64,000 nucleotides of DNA from a virus. Shown piece after piece: positions 57,758 through 64,000 of the stretch (positions within the stretch are counted from its first letter, which is position 1; each line of letters starts with the position of its first letter). The stretch is taken from the IMG/VR virus record IMGVR_UViG_3300024346_000010. One strand, 5' to 3'. Under the pieces are notes generated by a model. The model was not told where the DNA came from and did no database searches. It worked only from the letters and a program-made list of their open reading frames with translations. The position numbers and the translations under genes are program-made.

Positions 57758-58122
57758 ACCTGTTCCGCAAAATAATACTTACTTAAGTACTCGTGGTTTT
57801 GCTGTAGGTTTGCGTAGTTTACACAACTAGAATATTCATACCACTGATCAAAACTTTCCCAAGTTCTGGTAACAGTGTATTCTTTTGTCACATCATCAAA
57901 AGATTCAGTTTTATTACTTCTGGCTGCAATGAAGCCGGCCTCTTTTTCATTCCAACCAGGGATATTGGCAGCTCTTAACAGTTCGATATAATAATCTTCA
58001 CCCCTTTCGCCATTAGCGCCCTGTTGTAATACATGTGCTTTGAACTCTTCTATAGTCGAGTGGGGAATTTCATCCACATACTGGGGTTTGATTCTAAATA
58101 TTTTAGTTACGGCATAAGTCAT
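57754..58122 (-). CDS. hypothetical protein
   Basis: RBS AAGGAG and own late promoter TATAAATA (minus strand, 58140-58147). Confidence 0.7.
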   Translation of the reverse strand: MTYAVTKIFRIKPQYVDEIPHSTIEEFKAHVLQQGANGERGEDYYIELLRAANIPGWNEKEAGFIAARSNKTESFDDVTKEYTVTRTWESFDQWYEYSSCVNYANLQQNHEYLSKYYFAEQV

Positions 58123-58142
58123 TAATTTCTCCTTTTATATAT

Positions 58143-59030
58143 TTATAGTCTTTGCAAATCTAATGTTACGCAGTGGTGACCACCCATAAACATTTTTGCA
58201 TGCGGCAAATTAACGCCTATTGTTTCTATTCCATATTTATCAAATTTTTTTCTTAGAATGGTCTGATTAGAATCGCAGAATATAGTATTTTCATCATAGC
58301 TTAAAACATTCATTCCTATCCAATTACTAGTCATATGATCCCAACCCTTCGGTTGAATCAAGTCTTCTTGTTTTATCCAAATCTTATCCCAAGATTTCAT
58401 AAAATCTGGTAACTGATATTCTTTAATTCTTTCTGAATTTAACATGACTAAACCATCTCTAAGAGGAACTATAGTACTATCTAGATGCATTCCCTGATAT
58501 ACTGCATTTAGTCGATGCACAATATATTCTGGTCCCAAATAATTTTCTAGCCAATCCGCTCCAGCTTCATTTCCAGAATAGCTTATTAGATATAAAATAT
58601 CCTTTCCGCATCTAATTATATTGGCAGCATCAAATACTGCCGCTGGATCATCAACAGTTGTGACATTGTCTCCTAAAGCAGCGCGGATCGCTTTCCATTC
58701 AATTCGGCGATTTGGCCATACAGTAGGCGTAAGAATTACTTTATCGCCAATAACTAATGTGGTATCTCTAGGGCAATAACATCCAAAACCGTCTTCTTTT
58801 ACATAATCAATAGGCTTTGGTCTAATAACCTCTACTCCTAATTTTTCTAATTCAGCTTGAAATAAATTTAAAGCTTCTTGAGTTTCATGTATGGCGATTG
58901 GAGACGCAGGACCAATAGGTGCCTCATCCCAAGTAGAGTATTCTGGATCATTTTTTGGAAAATTAAAATTTTCGGCTGAACCAAGTATTACTCTTTTTAA
59001 CCGTGACCATTCGTTATCGCTACGGATCAT
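58143..59030 (-). CDS. amidinotransferase (glycine/inosamine-phosphate amidinotransferase family)
   Basis: NEWSRLKRVILG, CPRD, FDAAN (catalytic D), HLDST (catalytic H), GGHHCVTLDL (catalytic C). Confidence 0.9.
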   Translation of the reverse strand: MIRSDNEWSRLKRVILGSAENFNFPKNDPEYSTWDEAPIGPASPIAIHETQEALNLFQAELEKLGVEVIRPKPIDYVKEDGFGCYCPRDTTLVIGDKVILTPTVWPNRRIEWKAIRAALGDNVTTVDDPAAVFDAANIIRCGKDILYLISYSGNEAGADWLENYLGPEYIVHRLNAVYQGMHLDSTIVPLRDGLVMLNSERIKEYQLPDFMKSWDKIWIKQEDLIQPKGWDHMTSNWIGMNVLSYDENTIFCDSNQTILRKKFDKYGIETIGVNLPHAKMFMGGHHCVTLDLQRL

Positions 59031-59086
59031 ATTATCTCCTATTTCCAACATATATATCTATGAATATAATTTAATAGAGTATTGTT

Positions 59087-60589
59087 ATGGAAATCATTAA
59101 AGTTAAAAATAAAAACCACTCTTTTATGGAAATTACCTGCGATTATGGTATTGCCAATGAGCTTACTGATTTCTTTTCATTTTTTGTGCCTGGCTATAAA
59201 TTTATGCCGGCGTACAAAAATAAAGTCTGGGACGGTAAGATCCGACTATTTAATATTCATAAAATGGAACTACCTGTTGGATTATTTCCATTCTTAGCTG
59301 AATTCTCCAAACCTAGAAAATATACTATTGAAGTAGAACATAATAATTTTTATGGTCGACCGGATAGTCAAATAGATATTGATCCAAATGAAATTAAAGC
59401 ATTTGTTGATAGACTAGAGTTACAATCAAGAGGTAAACCAATTGAAATACGAGACTACCAATTTGACGCAGTTTGCGAAGGACTCCACAGAAAAAGAGCA
59501 GTACTTATTTCACCAACGGGCTCTGGCAAGTCTCTTATCATCTACACACTCGTCCAAAGATATTTACTTTCTCTTAGGAAGGCAAACAGGAAAGTCTTGG
59601 TTATTGTACCAACGACTTCGCTGGTTGAGCAAATGTATAACGACTTCGCAGATTATGGAATGCCTGTCGAAGACTGCGTCCACAGGATTTATTCTGGACG
59701 AGATAAAGAGACCGATAAAGAAATTATCATTTCAACCTGGCAGTCAATTTACAAACTGCCACCGAAATGGTTTGAACAATTCGGTGCTGTCATTGGTGAC
59801 GAATGTCATGGCTTTAAATCAAAGTCTCTCACCACTATTATGGATAAATGCAAAGAAGCCGAATATCGTTGGGGAACAACAGGTACACTTGACGGTTCTC
59901 AAACCCATGAACTCGTATTACAAGGGCTTTTTGGGAAGATATATAATGTAACAACAACAAAGAAACTTCAAGATGAAGATACACTTGCTAAACTCAAGAT
60001 CTCTATACTTTTACTCAAATATGATGAAGAGATCCGTCGAAATTGGGGTAAACAAGATTATCAAGCTGAACTGGATTTCATTGTTCGAAACGAGTCTCGT
60101 AATAAGCTCATTTCTAATCTCGCTTTGGATCTTGATGGCAATACTCTCGTACTATTTAATTTTGTAGAAAAACATGGTAAACCTTTGTTTGAAATGATTC
60201 GAGACAAAGCCCATGAAAACAGAAAAATCTTTTTTGTATCTGGTGAAACCGCCACGAGTGACCGTGAAGCAATTCGTAAGATCGTAGAAGGACAAAAGAA
60301 TGCTATCATTGTTGCTAGTCTTGGCACTTTCTCCACTGGGATTAATATTAGGAATTTGCATAATATCGTATTTGCATCCCCATCCAAGTCTCAAATCAGA
60401 GTTCTCCAATCAATTGGACGAGGACTCAGAAAATCAGACGACGGATCTATAGCACAACTTTACGATATTGCTGATGACTTACATTGGGGACATAGGAAGA
60501 ATTACACATTAGAACACTCAGCAGAACGTGTTAAGATGTATGCTAAACAAGAATTTGACTACAAAATTTACGAGATAGATATAAAGTAA
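59087..60589 (+). CDS. uvsW: DNA helicase UvsW
   Basis: WDGKIRLF, RDYQ, SPTGSGKS, DECH, QSIGRGLR. Confidence 0.96.
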   Translation: MEIIKVKNKNHSFMEITCDYGIANELTDFFSFFVPGYKFMPAYKNKVWDGKIRLFNIHKMELPVGLFPFLAEFSKPRKYTIEVEHNNFYGRPDSQIDIDPNEIKAFVDRLELQSRGKPIEIRDYQFDAVCEGLHRKRAVLISPTGSGKSLIIYTLVQRYLLSLRKANRKVLVIVPTTSLVEQMYNDFADYGMPVEDCVHRIYSGRDKETDKEIIISTWQSIYKLPPKWFEQFGAVIGDECHGFKSKSLTTIMDKCKEAEYRWGTTGTLDGSQTHELVLQGLFGKIYNVTTTKKLQDEDTLAKLKISILLLKYDEEIRRNWGKQDYQAELDFIVRNESRNKLISNLALDLDGNTLVLFNFVEKHGKPLFEMIRDKAHENRKIFFVSGETATSDREAIRKIVEGQKNAIIVASLGTFSTGINIRNLHNIVFASPSKSQIRVLQSIGRGLRKSDDGSIAQLYDIADDLHWGHRKNYTLEHSAERVKMYAKQEFDYKIYEIDIK

Positions 60590-60607
60590 TCAACAGGAAA
60601 ATAATTA

Positions 60608-61018
60608 ATGGTAGCTAACGTAAAACAAATGAAGCTTATCACTGGAGAAGAAATTCTTTGCGATTTGACTGAAGCTTTATACGATGAGGAAGATGGAATT
60701 GAGCATACGTTACTTCTCAGATCAGCTTATACATTAGTATCCCACGAAGATTTTGAGAATCAAATAAGGTATTATACCTTTAAACCTTTCATGATGCATT
60801 TGTATGAGCCAAATAAAGTATTAGCTCTTAATGCACATTCAGTTATTTGTATGGTTCAGCCGGATAAAAAAGTGATTGATCAGTATGATGAACATATTTC
60901 ACAGTTTAATTTCGATGAAAGCGCTGAAGAAGACGAAGATCCATTAGCGGTACCGGAAGATGATGAACCGACGAATAATAAAGTCCTAAAGTTTAAGCCA
61001 AAGGATAAGCTGCATTAA
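60608..61018 (+). CDS. conserved hypothetical (Sm-like) protein between uvsW and gp55
   Basis: MKLITGEEILC motif; acidic tail ending KLH. Confidence 0.7.
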   Translation: MVANVKQMKLITGEEILCDLTEALYDEEDGIEHTLLLRSAYTLVSHEDFENQIRYYTFKPFMMHLYEPNKVLALNAHSVICMVQPDKKVIDQYDEHISQFNFDESAEEDEDPLAVPEDDEPTNNKVLKFKPKDKLH

Positions 61019-61082
61019 TAGTATACTTCTCCTCCCCCAGAAGTATTACTTCTATTATACACACATTACCAGATATGTACAC
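61019..61082 (-). promoter_or_regulatory. repeated antisense promoter/G-tract element, copy 2
   Basis: Minus strand GTGTAC-N17-TATAAT-AGAAGTA-a-TACTTCT-GGGGGAGGAG. Confidence 0.75.
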
Positions 61083-61114
61083 ATAAAAATGCGCATATCA
61101 TTAAAATAATTTGA

Positions 61115-61143
61115 TTTACTTACCCTAAGAGCTGATGTATAAT
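61115..61143 (+). promoter_or_regulatory. early/middle-type promoter for gp55
   Basis: TTTACT-N17-TATAAT. Confidence 0.7.
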
Positions 61144-61168
61144 CAGTAATATATGCTAGGAATATAAT

Positions 61169-61774
61169 ATGAAACCTAAAGATAGACCACACTACGTTAA
61201 TAATAAAGAGTTTTCACTTGCAGTCGTTGACTATGTCAAGAGTGTAACTGAAGCAAAGGAAGCTGGAACAGAGATTCCGAAGGTGACTAACTACATTGCA
61301 CAGTCATTTCTACGAATAGCTGAAGGACTTTCACACAGGGCAAATTTCATCAGATACACATACCGAGATGAGATGGTAATGGATGCTGTTGAAAATTGTC
61401 TTAAAGCAATTAATAACTATAATATTGATGCACCTACACGCACGGGTATGCCTAATGCGTTTTCCTATTTTACACAAATTTCTTGGTATGCTTTCTTGCA
61501 TCGTATTGCAAAGGAAAAGAAGCAACAAGATATTAAGATGAAATACATTTCACAATCCCCATTTGAAGACTTTGCAGTTGAAGGCGCTGATGAAGCCAGT
61601 ATTCAAGCAGGGCATGCTTTCATCGATCAGCTAAAAGGCAAGATTGATCAGTTGAAAGAAAAAGATACTTACTTTGATGTGAAGTATAAAGAAGAGGCCA
61701 AAGCAGCAAAGTTGCGCAAAAAGCGCGTGGTGAGCTCTAACGACTCTGATCTTAGCACCATTTTTGGAGACTAA
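61169..61774 (+). CDS. gp55: late sigma factor gp55
   Basis: HYVNNKEF, IAEGLSHRANF..YTYRDEMVMDAVENC, NAFSYFTQI, RIAKEKKQ. Confidence 0.97.
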   Translation: MKPKDRPHYVNNKEFSLAVVDYVKSVTEAKEAGTEIPKVTNYIAQSFLRIAEGLSHRANFIRYTYRDEMVMDAVENCLKAINNYNIDAPTRTGMPNAFSYFTQISWYAFLHRIAKEKKQQDIKMKYISQSPFEDFAVEGADEASIQAGHAFIDQLKGKIDQLKEKDTYFDVKYKEEAKAAKLRKKRVVSSNDSDLSTIFGD

Positions 61775-61777
61775 ATT

Positions 61778-62530
61778 ATGAGAATTTTGATGACAGGTGA
61801 AGAAGGTATGGTTGGCACCTACCTTACAAAATATCTTACTGACCGTGGATATGATATTATTCCATTTGGCGGCGAATTTGGCAAAGGTAGTGATATTACC
61901 AAAGCTGAAGATTGGAATAAGCTACTTGATTTGACTCCTTTTGATGGCATTATTCATCTAGCCGCATTAGCTGGTGTAAGGCCATCTATTGAAGATCCTG
62001 AGCTTTATTACAATAATAATGTCGGCGGAACGAAACTTATGTTGGAGTTTGCTGAACGATGTGGGATTAAAAGAGTTCTATATGCATCCTCATCTAATGC
62101 CGCTGAATGGTGGACTAATCCATATGGCACGACTAAAAAGATGAATGAAATTCAAGCTGAAAATTATAGCTCCATCGGTATGCGTTTCCATACTATATGG
62201 CCAGGTCGTGATGATATGCTTTATAAAAAGCTTGAACGAGGTGAAGTTTCTTTTATCAATGCTAATCACTTTCGTGATATGATTCATGTTGAAGATATCT
62301 CAAGCGCTATTAAACTTTTACTTGAGAACTTCGAAGCACTTGCTTTCCTTAAAGCTGTTGATATTGGCACAGGTGAAACTATTTCTGTTGCTGATATTGC
62401 AAAGGCATATGGATACGAAGGTGAGTATATTGAAGAAAATCCTGAAGGGGAACGTGTAGTCACTAAAGCTGATATTAAGTGGCTTACAGATCTCGGTTGG
62501 AAACCTAAGTGGAATATTTTGGATGTCTAA
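61778..62530 (+). CDS. NAD-dependent nucleotide-sugar epimerase/dehydratase (extended SDR)
   Basis: TGEEGMVG, IHLAALAGVRPS, YASSS, YGTTK (YxxxK), RDMIHVED. Confidence 0.88.
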   Translation: MRILMTGEEGMVGTYLTKYLTDRGYDIIPFGGEFGKGSDITKAEDWNKLLDLTPFDGIIHLAALAGVRPSIEDPELYYNNNVGGTKLMLEFAERCGIKRVLYASSSNAAEWWTNPYGTTKKMNEIQAENYSSIGMRFHTIWPGRDDMLYKKLERGEVSFINANHFRDMIHVEDISSAIKLLLENFEALAFLKAVDIGTGETISVADIAKAYGYEGEYIEENPEGERVVTKADIKWLTDLGWKPKWNILDV

Positions 62531-63587
62531 AGTTGCTATTATTAATGATACTCATTGTGGTGTTAGGAATTCTTCTGACATTTTTGCCGATAATGCTGAC
62601 CTTTTTTATAACGATGTTTTCTTTCCTTATCTCGTTGATAATGGAATTAAGCGTATTATTCATTTGGGTGACGTGTTTGATAATCGTAAGTTTATTAATT
62701 TTAAATCTCTACATAAGTTCAGGAAATCTTTTCTTGCCAATCTGAGAAAACACCACATCCATATGGATGTAATTCCAGGTAATCACGATACATTCTATAA
62801 GAATACTAATGATCTAAATGCTTTGAAAGAGTTGCTCGGCCACTATATGGGTGAAGTTACTATCCATATGGATCCTACTGTTCTTAATCTAAATGGATTT
62901 AAGCTTGCGTTGTTGCCATGGGTTTGTTCCGAAAACTATGATAAATCTCTTGAGTTTATTAAGACATGTAAAGCTGATTGGCTTGGAGGTCACCTAGAAC
63001 TTCAGGGATTTGATGTTCTTAAAGGCGTGCAAGCACATGCTGGTATGGATCATAAAATCTTTTCACGGTTTGAAAAGGTTATTTCAGGTCACTTCCATAC
63101 AGCATCTCAACAAGATAACGTAGAATATCTTGGAACTCAACTTGAGTTTACTTGGTCAGATGCTCATGATCCTAAGAAATTTCATATCCTCGATACAGCT
63201 ACACGTGAACTAACCTCTGTTACAAATCCCCATACATTGTTCGAACGTATTAACTACGACGATACAAAAATGGATTATCAAATGTATGATACCACGCATT
63301 TGGATGGTAAGTTTGTTAAAGTGGTTGTAATTAATAAAACTGACCTGTTTACATTTGACAAGTTTATTGATAGAATACAATCACAGAAGATCCACGAACT
63401 CAAGATCGCTGAAAACTTCAATGAATTCTTAGGTGAAAACGTAGAAGATGAAGCAGTATCAGTCGAAGAAACGACTGAGCTACTTGATAGTTACGTGGAT
63501 GCTGTTGACACTGATTTGGATAAAGACAAACTAAAAGTCTCTATGCGTAATCTTCTCACTGAAGCCCAAGCTATGGAAATTGCATGA
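62523..63587 (+). CDS. gp47: recombination endonuclease subunit gp47 (Mre11/SbcD-like)
   Basis: DTHCG, HLGDVFDNRK, GNHD, GHLE, SGHFH. Confidence 0.96.
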   Translation: MSKVAIINDTHCGVRNSSDIFADNADLFYNDVFFPYLVDNGIKRIIHLGDVFDNRKFINFKSLHKFRKSFLANLRKHHIHMDVIPGNHDTFYKNTNDLNALKELLGHYMGEVTIHMDPTVLNLNGFKLALLPWVCSENYDKSLEFIKTCKADWLGGHLELQGFDVLKGVQAHAGMDHKIFSRFEKVISGHFHTASQQDNVEYLGTQLEFTWSDAHDPKKFHILDTATRELTSVTNPHTLFERINYDDTKMDYQMYDTTHLDGKFVKVVVINKTDLFTFDKFIDRIQSQKIHELKIAENFNEFLGENVEDEAVSVEETTELLDSYVDAVDTDLDKDKLKVSMRNLLTEAQAMEIA

Positions 63588-64000
63588 TCAGGTTTAAAAC
63601 CCTTCGCTGGAAAAACTTTATGTCTACCGGCGATACCTTCACCAAAATTGAATTAAATAAAACTAGTTCCACTTTGATCGTAGGTCAGAATGGTGCTGGT
63701 AAATCTACTATGTTGGATGCAATGTCATTTGTTCTATTTGGCAAGCCTCACCGTAATATCAATAAACCACAACTTGTTAATAGTATTAATAATAAAGCAT
63801 GTCTGGTTGAAATTGAATTTGGTGTTGGTTCATCACAATATAAGGTTGTTCGTGGTATCAAGCCTCAGGTATTTGAGATCTGGAAAAATGGTATTATGAT
63901 TAACCAAGACTCGCATGCTAAAGAATATCAGAAGCTATTAGAACAAAATATTATTAAGCTTAATCATAAAAGCTTTCACCAAATTGTTGTTCTAGGCTCT
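63584..64000 (+). CDS. gp46: recombination endonuclease subunit gp46 (Rad50/SbcC-like), partial
   Basis: MIRFKTLRWKNFMSTG..GQNGAGKST (Walker A); runs off the window end. Confidence 0.95.
   Translation, partial: MIRFKTLRWKNFMSTGDTFTKIELNKTSSTLIVGQNGAGKSTMLDAMSFVLFGKPHRNINKPQLVNSINNKACLVEIEFGVGSSQYKVVRGIKPQVFEIWKNGIMINQDSHAKEYQKLLEQNIIKLNHKSFHQIVVLGS

Noticed and set aside
37464-61063. 45-bp repeat as CRISPR repeat, att site or DGR template/variable pair
   Set aside because: Only two distant copies; no spacers, cas, integrase or reverse transcriptase in the window; core genes lie between the copies
63690-63899. 69-aa ORF from the track
   Set aside because: Out-of-frame overlap within gp46, which starts at 63584 and runs off the window
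1-64000. tRNA or rRNA genes; alternative genetic code
   Set aside because: No cloverleaf/T-loop signature seen in the short intergenic gaps; core genes translate full length in the standard code and TAA, TAG and TGA all serve as stops

Overview
This 64-kb window is a segment of a large T4-like myovirus genome, AT-rich and probably aquatic; the host cannot be assigned from sequence alone. Order of contents: small early genes; gp33 and gp32; a minus-strand tail-assembly block (tape measure, gp51, gp26, gp54, gp2, gp4); the baseplate module (gp48, gp53, hub, a gp5 split into three genes, gp25, gp6, gp7, gp8, a VrlC-like protein); fibre genes; the neck/tail/head module gp13-gp23; gp3, uvsY, uvsW, gp55, gp47 and the start of gp46. 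Early promoters (T[T/G]TAC[A/T]-N16/17-TAnnnT) and T4 late promoters (TATAAATA) are readable. The most unusual elements are: (1) an 8.4-kb cluster of three GT-A glycosyltransferase-like genes, a methyltransferase, five radical SAM genes and two stand-alone SPASM genes, inserted among the virion fibre genes; (2) a strong bias for D-S-[A/D] tripeptides in outer virion proteins, a candidate sequon for that cluster, which together suggest a phage-encoded virion glycosylation/decoration system; (3) a canonical -1 slippery site joining gp26 to gp51 just upstream of the tape measure gene, like lambda G/GT; (4) two near-identical 45-bp antisense promoter/G-tract elements 23.5 kb apart; (5) an amidinotransferase cassette between uvsY and uvsW. 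All assignments come from motif recognition and gene order; no database searches were run.
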